From: an uncultured Clostridium sp.
Lineage (GTDB): Bacteria; Bacillota; Clostridia; TANB77; CAG-508
Direction: 5' to 3'
Length of the DNA: 64,000 nt
NCBI GenBank assembly: GCA_946639585.1
Contig: CAMPBS010000002.1
Location: forward strand, 16,994-80,993
Positions 50,445 through 59,973 of the stretch are shown piece by piece; position 1 is the stretch's first letter; every line of letters begins with the position of its first letter. Both the position numbers and the translations under genes were made by a program. A model generated the notes under the pieces. The model was not told where the DNA came from. It worked only from the letters and a program-made list of their open reading frames with translations, and searched no databases.

Positions 50445-51317
50445 ATGGTAAAAAGAATAATATTAGAGATAATTTTAATTGTAATAACTGTACTTGTGGT
50501 TGTATGTGGATATTTTTTAATATTAGATATTGAAAGCAATGCGCCACAAGAATTACAAGATAAAGTGGAAATTACTACAAAAGAATTTATGGAAAGAAAA
50601 TTGTTTGAAATAGCACCTAAAAATAAAGACAAAAAAAACAATAAAACAATTCTATATTTCCATGGTGGAGCTTATGTGGCAGAAGCAACTGAAGAACATT
50701 GGGATTTTTTGGCCAAACTAGTAAATGACACAAAGGCAACAGTAATAATGCCAGATTATCCATTAACACCTAAATACACATATAAAGATGTGCTAAAAAT
50801 GATAGAACCTGTATATAAAGAAACTATTACAAAAGTAGGAGCTGAAAATCTAATAGTAATGGGAGATTCAGCAGGTGGTGGAATGGCACTTGGCTTATTA
50901 GAAAAACTAAGCCAAAACAATGTAGAAATGCCTGCAAAAACATTCCTAATTTCACCATGGCTAGATACGACAATGTCAAATCCTAAAATATATGAAGTTC
51001 AAAAAAAAGACAAAGACTTGAATAAAGAAAAACTATATTTAGCAGGAGTATCTTATTCAAGAGATTTAAAACAAGAAGAAGACTACTTCGTAAATCCAAT
51101 AAATGGAAAATTTTCTAAATTAAAAAATATAGTTATCTATACTGGAACTTATGATATTCTAAATCCGGATTGCCATTTGCTAAAAGAAAAGGCTGAAAAA
51201 GAAGGTGTAAATATTGAAATTAAAGAATATGAAACTGCTCCACATATTTGGATTGTAAATAATCAAGACGAATTGGCCATTTCGGCTTACAATGATCTAA
51301 TTTCATCATTTAATTAA
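50445..51317 (+). CDS. alpha/beta hydrolase fold-3 esterase/lipase (HSL family)
   Basis: It has an HGGA oxyanion motif and a GDSAGG nucleophile elbow. Confidence 0.75.
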   Translation: MVKRIILEIILIVITVLVVVCGYFLILDIESNAPQELQDKVEITTKEFMERKLFEIAPKNKDKKNNKTILYFHGGAYVAEATEEHWDFLAKLVNDTKATVIMPDYPLTPKYTYKDVLKMIEPVYKETITKVGAENLIVMGDSAGGGMALGLLEKLSQNNVEMPAKTFLISPWLDTTMSNPKIYEVQKKDKDLNKEKLYLAGVSYSRDLKQEEDYFVNPINGKFSKLKNIVIYTGTYDILNPDCHLLKEKAEKEGVNIEIKEYETAPHIWIVNNQDELAISAYNDLISSFN

Positions 51318-51323
51318 AACTAA

Positions 51324-51466
51324 CTATAAATTTATATTATTTTTTATGCCTTGGTGTCGCAACTTCCGGATTTTAAAATACTAGTCTGTAAGTTGCTCCA
51401 GTCGCCCTTCGCTACGCTACGGTTGGTCGCTTATGCGGCATTTCAAAATAATATAAATTTATATAG
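51324..51466 (+). repeat. GC-rich structured intergenic repeat element, copy 3 of 3 (between esterase gene and rlmN)
   Basis: The conserved core carries compensatory changes and is closed by a different AT-rich inverted repeat. Confidence 0.8.
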
Positions 51467-51492
51467 AATAATGAATAGGAGTAATATAAAAA

Positions 51493-52518
51493 ATGAAAAA
51501 TATAAAAGACTATAACTTAGATGCACTAAAGGAAGAAATGAAAAATATAGGTGAAAAGCCATTTAGGGCAGAGCAAATCTTCAAATGGCTATACCAAGAT
51601 AAAGTTACTTCATTTGACGAAATGCTAAATCTTTCTATAGAACTAAGAGAAAAATTAAAACAAAACTATACAATTTGTAATTTTGAAATAATAAGAAAAC
51701 AAGAGTCAGCAGATGGAACAATAAAATATCTATTTGATGTGTTAGATGGAAATGCAATAGAAACAGTTTTAATGAGTTATCATCATGGATATAGCGTATG
51801 TGTATCGACACAAATCGGATGTAAAATGGGATGTAAATTCTGTGCATCAACAGGTATAAAATTTATTAGAAGTTTATCTTCTGGGGAAATTGTTGAACAA
51901 ATAATAAAAATTGAACAAGATACAGGAGTAAGAGTTTCAAATGTAGTATTTATGGGAATTGGAGAACCATTAGATAATTACGAAAATGTTGTCAATGCTA
52001 TAAGAATATTAAATAATCCAAAAGGAATTAATATTGGAGCAAGACACATAAGCGTTTCAACAAGTGGTTTAGTGCCAATGATATATAAATTGGCAGAAGA
52101 AAATATTCAATGTACACTTTCAATATCACTTCATGCAACAACAGATGAAAAGCGTAGTTCAATGATGCCAGTAAACAAGCTTTACAATATAGAACAATTA
52201 TTGCAAGCATGTAAAGATTATATAAAAGTTACAAATAGAAGAGTGTCTTTTGAATATGCTTTGGCAAAAGATAATAATGATAATTTAGAAGATGCTGCAA
52301 GACTAGTAAAATTACTAAAAGGAATGAATTGCCATGTTAATTTAATTCCAATTAACAAAATAGAAAATGGTAAATTTGACAAAAGTACCAATGAAAATAT
52401 AATGAAATTTAGGGATTACCTAAATGACCATGGAATTGTTGCTACAATTAGACGTGAGCTAGGTTCAGATATAGAGGCAGCTTGTGGTCAATTACGTAGG
52501 AAAAATTTAAAAGATTAA
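51493..52518 (+). CDS. rlmN: 23S rRNA (adenine2503-C2)-methyltransferase RlmN (radical SAM)
   Basis: It carries the CKMGCKFCAS cluster. Confidence 0.9.
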   Translation: MKNIKDYNLDALKEEMKNIGEKPFRAEQIFKWLYQDKVTSFDEMLNLSIELREKLKQNYTICNFEIIRKQESADGTIKYLFDVLDGNAIETVLMSYHHGYSVCVSTQIGCKMGCKFCASTGIKFIRSLSSGEIVEQIIKIEQDTGVRVSNVVFMGIGEPLDNYENVVNAIRILNNPKGINIGARHISVSTSGLVPMIYKLAEENIQCTLSISLHATTDEKRSSMMPVNKLYNIEQLLQACKDYIKVTNRRVSFEYALAKDNNDNLEDAARLVKLLKGMNCHVNLIPINKIENGKFDKSTNENIMKFRDYLNDHGIVATIRRELGSDIEAACGQLRRKNLKD

Positions 52519-52536
52519 AAATAAAAAGGTGAAAAA

Positions 52537-53832
52537 ATGAAAAGAGAAAGTAGATTATATTGGAGAAGATTAGATAATTCTGCAAAAATATTTCCAATTC
52601 AAGCTGGAAAGAGATATAGCACAGTTTTTAGATTTTCTGCTGTAATGAAAGAAGATATAGATCCGGAGAGCTTGAAACAAGCTGTAATTCTAGCTTTAAA
52701 AAAATACAAATCTTTTAGAGTGAGAATGAAACAAGGTGTATTTTGGAACTATTTTGAGCATAATCCTAAAGAACCAATAATAGAAGAAGAAAAGGATTAT
52801 CCATGTAAATATATAGATTACAAAAGAAATAATAATTATCTTTTTAAAGTAACATATTTTGACCAAAAGATAAACATAGATATATTTCATTCATTAACAG
52901 ATGGAAATAATGGAAATTTATTTTTTAGAGAAATAATTTATTCATATATTGAATTAACACATCCAAAAGAATTCGAAGATGAGTTAAGAACTACAAGAAA
53001 AGTTGAATATACAACAGAAGATGGCTATATGAAAAATTATGATAAAACAGCAAAATCAAACAATTCATCCAAAAAAGCATTTGTTTTAAAAGGTAAAAAA
53101 ATAAAACTTGGAGCTGTATCTGCAATTCATGAAATTATAGATACAAACGAATTAAAAGCTATATGTAAATTAAAAGATTGTACAGTAACACAGTATTTAA
53201 CGGCTGTTTTAATATATTCAATTTATGAAGAAAATTACAAGAAAAATAATGGGGAAAAACCTATTAAAGTATGTATTCCAGTTAACTTAAAGAAATATTT
53301 TCCTAATTCTCAAACAATTTCAAACTTTTTTACATATATCACATTAGAAGCAGAAATGAAGAAAGACAATTTAAATACATTTGAAAAAATATTAGAGTTT
53401 GTAAAAAAAGATTTCAAAAAAAGACTGACAGAGGAAGAAATAATAAAAACAATGTCTGGAAATGTAAAACTCGGAAACAATCCATTTATAAAGGTTGTAC
53501 CACTTTTCTTGAAAAAAGCATTGGTTAGATTAAGCTATATAGAAATTAGAAAATATACAACAATAACATTTTCAAATGTAGGAAGAATAGGTATAATAGG
53601 AAAATATAAGCCATATATAGAAAGCTTTTTAATGTTAATTGCACCTGAACCAGTTGAAAAAATAAAATGTTCAGCATGTACATTTGAAGATAAAATGGTA
53701 TTTACATTTACATCAATCTTAAATGATAATAGCATTGAAAAAAGATTTTATAAGTTTTTAACAGAACAAGGAATAAAAGTTGAAATAGAAAGTAATGGGG
53801 TTTTAGATGATGTTATATCCACAAAAAATTAA
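52537..53832 (+). CDS. HxxxDG-motif acyltransferase (condensation-domain / WS-DGAT / PapA5-like), putative
   Basis: It has the motif FHSLTDGNNG, and the ~430 aa size fits. The family assignment is tentative. Confidence 0.4.
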   Translation: MKRESRLYWRRLDNSAKIFPIQAGKRYSTVFRFSAVMKEDIDPESLKQAVILALKKYKSFRVRMKQGVFWNYFEHNPKEPIIEEEKDYPCKYIDYKRNNNYLFKVTYFDQKINIDIFHSLTDGNNGNLFFREIIYSYIELTHPKEFEDELRTTRKVEYTTEDGYMKNYDKTAKSNNSSKKAFVLKGKKIKLGAVSAIHEIIDTNELKAICKLKDCTVTQYLTAVLIYSIYEENYKKNNGEKPIKVCIPVNLKKYFPNSQTISNFFTYITLEAEMKKDNLNTFEKILEFVKKDFKKRLTEEEIIKTMSGNVKLGNNPFIKVVPLFLKKALVRLSYIEIRKYTTITFSNVGRIGIIGKYKPYIESFLMLIAPEPVEKIKCSACTFEDKMVFTFTSILNDNSIEKRFYKFLTEQGIKVEIESNGVLDDVISTKN

Positions 53833-54373
53833 CGCAAGAAAAACAAATTTTATAATAAGGATGGCAATACTGATTTCATTTGCTGTAGGAATAGGTCTGG
53901 TTTTTATAAATAGATTTACAACGCCAGATATCAAATGGGCGGGATATTGTAATGCAGGAATTGTATATGTTTGGGTAACAGTTTTGTATGCATTAAACAA
54001 AAATGTAAATATTGCAAGTCATTTATTTATTCAAATGGTTGCATTATCAGCTTTATGCGTATACTTTGATATAAGGCTAGGTTTCCAGGCGTGGTCAATT
54101 AACCTTGCGATTCCAATGATTGTAATAATTATAAATATTACAATGATGATATTATCAATAGCAAGTTATAAAAACTACATGAGATATGCTTTTTTTCAAT
54201 TACTAATAGTTTTAGTAAGTTTGGTACCAATATTTTTGGTTTATGAACATTTGGTAAATGATAAAACACTAAGCATAGTAGCATCAGGGATTTCAGGTTT
54301 TAACCTTTTGATGAGTTTAATATTTCATTTTAAAGATATAAAAGAAGAAGTAATAAGAAAATTTCATATCTAA
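53807..54373 (+). CDS. hypothetical multi-pass membrane protein
   Basis: It has about 5 TM helices and overlaps the acyltransferase stop, so it is probably co-transcribed. Confidence 0.45.
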   Translation: MMLYPQKINARKTNFIIRMAILISFAVGIGLVFINRFTTPDIKWAGYCNAGIVYVWVTVLYALNKNVNIASHLFIQMVALSALCVYFDIRLGFQAWSINLAIPMIVIIINITMMILSIASYKNYMRYAFFQLLIVLVSLVPIFLVYEHLVNDKTLSIVASGISGFNLLMSLIFHFKDIKEEVIRKFHI

Positions 54374-54450
54374 AAGATATGAAATTTTTTTTGACATTTT
54401 TAAAAAAGATGTATATAATAAATTTGAAATTTTTATAAGGAGGGGAAAAT

Positions 54451-55128
54451 ATGAAAAAGTATGTATGCGAATTTTTAGGTACATTCATTTTGGTACTTTT
54501 AGGATGTGGAAGTGCAGTTTTAGCAGGAGGATACATAGGAGTTGTAGGAGTAGCATTAGCTTTTGGTTTATCAATAGTTGCAATAGCTTACTCAGTAGGT
54601 AGAATATCTGGTGGGCATGTTAATCCAGCTGTATCACTTGCTATGTTAATTAATGGAAAAATATCAGTAAAAGACTTTTGCGGTTATGTAGTAGCACAAA
54701 TTGCTGGTGCTTTTGCAGGAAGTGGAATATTAGCACTAATTGTTAGTATGACAGAATTAAGAAATGCAGGATTAGGGGCAAATGGATTTGGAGATGCATC
54801 TGCTGTAGGATTAACAATGGTAGGAGCATTAATAGTTGAAATAATAGCTACATGTATATTTGTATTAGCTATATTAGGAGTAACACATAATGATAAACTT
54901 TCTTCAAAAGCAGGTATTGTTATAGGATTAGTACTTGCATTAGTTCATTTAGTATGTATTCCATTAACAGGAACTTCTGTAAATCCAGCAAGAAGCTTAG
55001 CTCCAGCAGTTATACTTGGAGGAGAAGCTTTATCACAAGTTTGGGTATTTATAGTTGGACCACTTGTTGGTGCAGTAATTGCAGGTTTATTATGGAAATT
55101 CCTAGCAAAGAACGAAGAAGAGATATAA
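54451..55128 (+). CDS. aqpZ: aquaporin (MIP family)
   Basis: It has two NPA boxes (SGGHVNPAVS and NPARS). Confidence 0.9.
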   Translation: MKKYVCEFLGTFILVLLGCGSAVLAGGYIGVVGVALAFGLSIVAIAYSVGRISGGHVNPAVSLAMLINGKISVKDFCGYVVAQIAGAFAGSGILALIVSMTELRNAGLGANGFGDASAVGLTMVGALIVEIIATCIFVLAILGVTHNDKLSSKAGIVIGLVLALVHLVCIPLTGTSVNPARSLAPAVILGGEALSQVWVFIVGPLVGAVIAGLLWKFLAKNEEEI

Positions 55129-55188
55129 TAAACAAATCAAATGAAAATATTTAAAAAGTTAAAATGTTTAAACATTTTAACTTTTTTT
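54983..55188 (+). repeat. 206 bp direct repeat, left copy (aqpZ 3' end plus terminator)
   Basis: It is identical to 57732-57937. Confidence 0.9.
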
Positions 55189-55290
55189 AGTTAGTATAAA
55201 CTTTTTTGTAGAAAAATTCAAAAAAATGACAAGTACACTTGACAAAAAACATAATATATGATATTTATAAAATATAGAAGAGGTGGTTTT

Positions 55291-55626
55291 ATGGATAAAA
55301 AAGATATTTTATCTAAAGCTAAAGAAGAACCAGATGAGATGGAATTTGATATACAGGCAAAATCATTAGGAATTAGTACAATTATTATTCCATTGTTATG
55401 TTTATTTTATGTAATTATTAGAATTAGTACTAATTATTACATAATTAGTGATTTAATAGTGTTGGTATTATCGCAAATATTAATCCAACAAATATACCAG
55501 TATGTAAAGATGAAAAATAAAAAATATTTATTATTCATTATACTAACATTTATACTCACATGCATATTTTTTATTAATTTTTTAAATGAGGTGGGTTATG
55601 AGAGATTCATTAATTTTAAAAAATAA
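55291..55626 (+). CDS. hypothetical membrane protein (partner of the downstream XRE regulator)
   Basis: A GAGGTGG RBS precedes 3-4 TM helices. Its end overlaps the XRE gene. Confidence 0.45.
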   Translation: MDKKDILSKAKEEPDEMEFDIQAKSLGISTIIIPLLCLFYVIIRISTNYYIISDLIVLVLSQILIQQIYQYVKMKNKKYLLFIILTFILTCIFFINFLNEVGYERFINFKK

Positions 55627-55807
55627 ATTAAAAGAAATTAGAAAAGAATGCAATATATCACAGGAAGAGCTTGCAAAAGAGGTTGGAGTTTCAAGACAAA
55701 CTATTAGTTCTATCGAAACTTATACTTATTTTCCTAGTGCTAAATTATCCTATTTACTTTGTATTGCATTAGATAAAAAATTTGAGGATATATTTTATTT
55801 TGATTAG
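55598..55807 (+). CDS. XRE-family HTH transcriptional regulator
   Basis: The HTH region is QEELAKEVGVSRQTISSIE, preceded by a GAGGTGGG RBS. Confidence 0.75.
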   Translation: MRDSLILKNKLKEIRKECNISQEELAKEVGVSRQTISSIETYTYFPSAKLSYLLCIALDKKFEDIFYFD

Positions 55808-55819
55808 GATGGGAATACG

Positions 55820-56482
55820 ATGAAAAAATTTTTGAATATAAGAAATCTTTTAATTATATTAATTGTTTTAATAGTGTGTGTATATATTATTTTTATGAGA
55901 TCCCCAAATCCTGGTGATTCAAAAACATCAGAATTGTTTTATAATTTGATTAACAAAGATATAATTACAATGAGATTAAGTTATGATGGAGAAGATAGAA
56001 AAGAAAATATTATATTTAGTACAAATAAGAATATTGGTAAAACTATTAAAATTATTGAATTGTGTGATTTTAGTAAAGAAGCTAAAGAATTAAATGTCTC
56101 ACATATTAAAAATATAACAATTATAGAAAATAATAAATCACATACTTTTCAACTTAATTATGATTTAAATAATTATATAGATTTTGAAGAGGAAGCATAT
56201 GGCGAGGAACTTACAGAATGGATTGAAAATATAAATAATATAGTTAGCAAAAGTAAGTATTATGTGAAAGGCTATAAAAACATAAATAATACTGAATTGT
56301 TCACTGAAACCTTTCCTGAACAAGACTATATGTTTGGTTATGTTAGTAATGAGTTAAAATATATTAAATCAAAAGATAGTTTTTCTGGAAATGGAAATAC
56401 TATGTATGAAGTCGAATTAGATGATGATTTTATTAATAATTCATTACTAGAAATTCCAAATTATTTTAATTTAAATAATTAA
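55820..56482 (+). CDS. hypothetical membrane-anchored protein
   Basis: It has an N-terminal TM helix and is Asn/Ile-rich. Confidence 0.45.
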   Translation: MKKFLNIRNLLIILIVLIVCVYIIFMRSPNPGDSKTSELFYNLINKDIITMRLSYDGEDRKENIIFSTNKNIGKTIKIIELCDFSKEAKELNVSHIKNITIIENNKSHTFQLNYDLNNYIDFEEEAYGEELTEWIENINNIVSKSKYYVKGYKNINNTELFTETFPEQDYMFGYVSNELKYIKSKDSFSGNGNTMYEVELDDDFINNSLLEIPNYFNLNN

Positions 56483-56502
56483 ATGATAGAAAGGAGGAAA
56501 AC

Positions 56503-56733
56503 ATGAATAAATTGTCTAAGATACTAATATGTATAATTATTTTGTTAGTTATAGCTTTAGGCTATTTAATATATAAAGTTAATTATTTTAAAGATGGATA
56601 TTTACAAGCATCAAATACTTTATATGACCAAACTAAATTACTTGAAGATTCAGGAGTAGAGATCATTAGTAATGAAAATAATAAGACAGAAATACATATT
56701 AAACAATCTGGTAAAGTAATTATAGATAGATAA
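56503..56733 (+). CDS. hypothetical small membrane protein
   Basis: A GGAGGAAAA RBS precedes a single TM helix. Confidence 0.4.
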   Translation: MNKLSKILICIIILLVIALGYLIYKVNYFKDGYLQASNTLYDQTKLLEDSGVEIISNENNKTEIHIKQSGKVIIDR

Positions 56734-57139
56734 AATGTAAACTATATACAACCAATAGTTTGATGAAATTATTAAATAATACTCTTGAAAAACATGATAT
56801 TCTTGAGTCATTCCACTTATTGATGTGGGAGACTCAAGATTTTTTATATTCATAAGATTTCTAAAAATTCCACCTTTTGGGTTTTATTTGATATTCTACT
56901 ATTTTTGACTAAAAATCATAAATTTTATATATTTAAGGGTGAAATATTTAATGTGGTCTTATCACAAGTTATTCATAGATTTTTAATTAGCTACTTGACG
57001 TTAGCATAAAATTGTGTTATAGTAATTGGGTCTTTAATCAAAGTTATCTACTCTTAATAACTTATAATAAAGTTATTAATATGTAGATTGTTTTATTTTG
57101 AGTTGCCATACAATAAAAAAGAAAGAAGGACCTTTTATT

Positions 57140-57565
57140 ATGAAAAAAATTTTCTCTATGATGTTAGCATGTGGTATGGCTTCTGTTATGGCACTTAGTA
57201 ATGCTAGTGTTGTATCGTACGCTGCAAACTATAATACACCGATGGCTAATGGAGTCGTTAAGGCTGATACCTATAATAACGGCACAATAATTAATACAAC
57301 ATGGAAGACGATTGCAACATCTTCTTCTGGATTTAATTGCAATGTATATGTAAAATGTATGAATACAACGTTTGTACCGAATACATTGACAGTTTCTCCG
57401 ACAGATATTAGAATGCTTGACAGAAATGGCAATGTGGTTTGGGAAGAATGGGGGGCTGTTGCTGGATTAGGAAACAGAACTTTTTGGTGCGGAAAAAATG
57501 TTTGTAAAATCCAGGCAAGGTGTAAGGTTGGAAATGGAACTATTTATGTTCGCAGAGCAAACTAA
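57140..57565 (+). CDS. secreted Cys-rich small protein (signal peptide plus 7 Cys), possible bacteriocin/toxin-like
   Basis: A signal peptide (MKKIFSMMLACGMASVMALSNA) is followed by a Cys-rich mature region. Its G+C is somewhat higher than neighbouring sequence. Confidence 0.5.
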   Translation: MKKIFSMMLACGMASVMALSNASVVSYAANYNTPMANGVVKADTYNNGTIINTTWKTIATSSSGFNCNVYVKCMNTTFVPNTLTVSPTDIRMLDRNGNVVWEEWGAVAGLGNRTFWCGKNVCKIQARCKVGNGTIYVRRAN

Positions 57566-57731
57566 TTATAAATAACTATTTAAAATATATTGGGCAACTT
57601 AAAAGACACAAAGCAGTAGAAGAATGGATTCTTTTACTGCTTTTTATGTGTGATAGGCATGTCGTTTGGCTTATCGGTGAAAGCCCGTAGAGGTAGGTAT
57701 ATATTGCTAACCCCATAGAGAAGCATAAGCT

Positions 57732-57937
57732 ATCCAGCAAGAAGCTTAGCTCCAGCAGTTATACTTGGAGGAGAAGCTTTATCACAAGTTTGGGTATTTA
57801 TAGTTGGACCACTTGTTGGTGCAGTAATTGCAGGTTTATTATGGAAATTCCTAGCAAAGAACGAAGAAGAGATATAATAAACAAATCAAATGAAAATATT
57901 TAAAAAGTTAAAATGTTTAAACATTTTAACTTTTTTT
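57732..57937 (+). repeat. 206 bp direct repeat, right copy (orphan aqpZ 3' fragment plus terminator)
   Basis: It is identical to 54983-55188. Confidence 0.9.
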
Positions 57938-58004
57938 TATTATATCTTTATTTTTCTTTGAAAATATGGTAAAATATACAAGATTTTTAAAAATGGAGAA
58001 GAAA

Positions 58005-58862
58005 ATGGAAAGATATCAAGAAATAGAAAGAAGTCTTATAACTAAATATAGAAAAACAATATGGACAAAATTCATAAAAGGAATCCAAGAATACGACATG
58101 ATACAAGATGGGGACAAAATTGCAGTATGTATATCAGGTGGTAAAGATTCAATGCTACTTGCAAAATGTTTTCAAGAACTTTTAAAACATGGCAAAATGA
58201 ACTTTGAATTAGTATTCATGTGCATGAATCCAGGGTATAATGAAGAAAATAAACAAAAAATAATCGAAAATGCTAAAATATTAAATATTCCTTTAACAAT
58301 GTTTGAAACAAAAATATTTGATACAGTTGTTAATATAGATGACCATCCATGTTATATATGTGCTAGAATGAGAAGAGGGCATTTATACAAAAAGGCAAGA
58401 GAATTGGGATGCAATAAAATTGCACTTGGACACCATTTTGACGATGTAATAGAAACAATATTAATGGGAATGATTTATGGTGCGCAAATGCAAACAATGA
58501 TGCCAAAATTACACAGTTCATTTCATGAAGGGATGGAACTGATTAGACCATTATGTTTTGTTAAAGAACAAGATATAATAAATTGGAGAGATAGAAATGG
58601 TCTTGAATTTATCCAATGCGCTTGTAGATTTACTGAAAATGAAGCAAAAGCAAATGATGATGAAATAGGCAAAAGGGAAGAGATGAAAAGGCTTATAAGA
58701 GAGCTTAGAAAAAAATATAAAAACGCAGATATGAATATATACAGAAGTGCACAAAATGTGAATTTAAATACTCTTTTATCATATACTAAAAATGGGGAAA
58801 CACATACATTTTTAGAAGATTTTAATAAAAGAAAAAAAGAAATTCAAGATAAGGCCCAATAA
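58005..58862 (+). CDS. ttcA: tRNA 2-thiocytidine(32) synthetase TtcA
   Basis: It has the PP-loop SGGKDS and Cys motifs (CYIC ... CAC). A GGAGAAG RBS precedes the ATG at 58005. Confidence 0.8.
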   Translation: MERYQEIERSLITKYRKTIWTKFIKGIQEYDMIQDGDKIAVCISGGKDSMLLAKCFQELLKHGKMNFELVFMCMNPGYNEENKQKIIENAKILNIPLTMFETKIFDTVVNIDDHPCYICARMRRGHLYKKARELGCNKIALGHHFDDVIETILMGMIYGAQMQTMMPKLHSSFHEGMELIRPLCFVKEQDIINWRDRNGLEFIQCACRFTENEAKANDDEIGKREEMKRLIRELRKKYKNADMNIYRSAQNVNLNTLLSYTKNGETHTFLEDFNKRKKEIQDKAQ

Positions 58863-58933
58863 TATATATTGTTTTTAAACAATATATATTATTGACATAT
58901 TTGGCATTTAAATATTATAATATAAATAGAAAC

Positions 58934-59007
58934 GCGGGTATAGTTTAATGGTAGAATCCCATGCTTCCGACCTGGTGGTGAGGGTTCGATTCCCTCTACC
59001 CGCTCCA
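58934..59007 (+). tRNA. tRNA-Gly (anticodon UCC) with encoded CCA
   Basis: GCGGGUA acceptor stem, GUUUAAUGGUAGAAU D-arm, CUUCCGA anticodon loop (UCC), GAGGG-UUCGAUU-CCCUC T-arm and 3' CCA are all present. Confidence 0.85.
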
Positions 59008-59973
59008 TTTGAAGACAACTTACGGACTAATTAAAGTTCGTAAGTTTTTATTTTGCCCGTAGTTAGGCTTGGAAAGGCTTGTTCTACCAAATATAAAGAT
59101 AATGTTCTCTTTCTAGGAAGAAGGACGTTTAGAAGTAGAACTTATTGAAGCACAAGTTGTAAAAAAATACTACAAGAGCAAATCTAGAAAAGAATAAACA
59201 TTCCAATTATGGAGAGCATATAACTAGAGATGATAACTACAATATTGAGATTAAAAATATCAAATTCACAGAAGAATTTATCTCAAAAAGTACAAAAGAT
59301 TATATTGATTATTTAAACGAATTATTAACTGATAATAATATTGGTATAACTTATAAAGAACAAATTAATAAAGAAAAATTATTAGAATTAGAAAAAGATT
59401 ATACCATTATGTAATTAGTAAAAATGGAAAATAATCTATATTCTGAAGAAGAATTAAATAACTATATTGATTTAATGAAAGAACATTTCTATGTAGATGG
59501 AATTATAAATTGCCCTTATATTGAAGGTAATAATATAGTTGATACTTTAATTCTAATACCAAAAACTGAACTAATAAATGTTTAAAAATTAAGAAAGGAA
59601 TGATAAAAATATGGAAATAAAATATACAAGACCAGGGGATTATATTAAAAATGATGAAAGACTGTCTGAAAAAAGTAAAGAATTAAATCTTATAGAATGG
59701 ACAAAGTTAATGAATAATTACAAGAATATGGCAGAAGAAATTGTCTTAAATGAATATGTTTTTGTATAAATAATCTTAAAAAAAGAGGAAAAAATTATCA
59801 AAATAATTTAATCCTCTTTTTATATTTTTTTCTAATATGGGAGTAAAATTCGTGTCTAGCCAGCACTGAATTTATACTCCCGTATAAATTCTTCTATGGG
59901 AATTCCCATACCATTTAATGGAAATAAGATTATTAATTTACAAATAATTCCAATTATAAATTATAATTTATAG

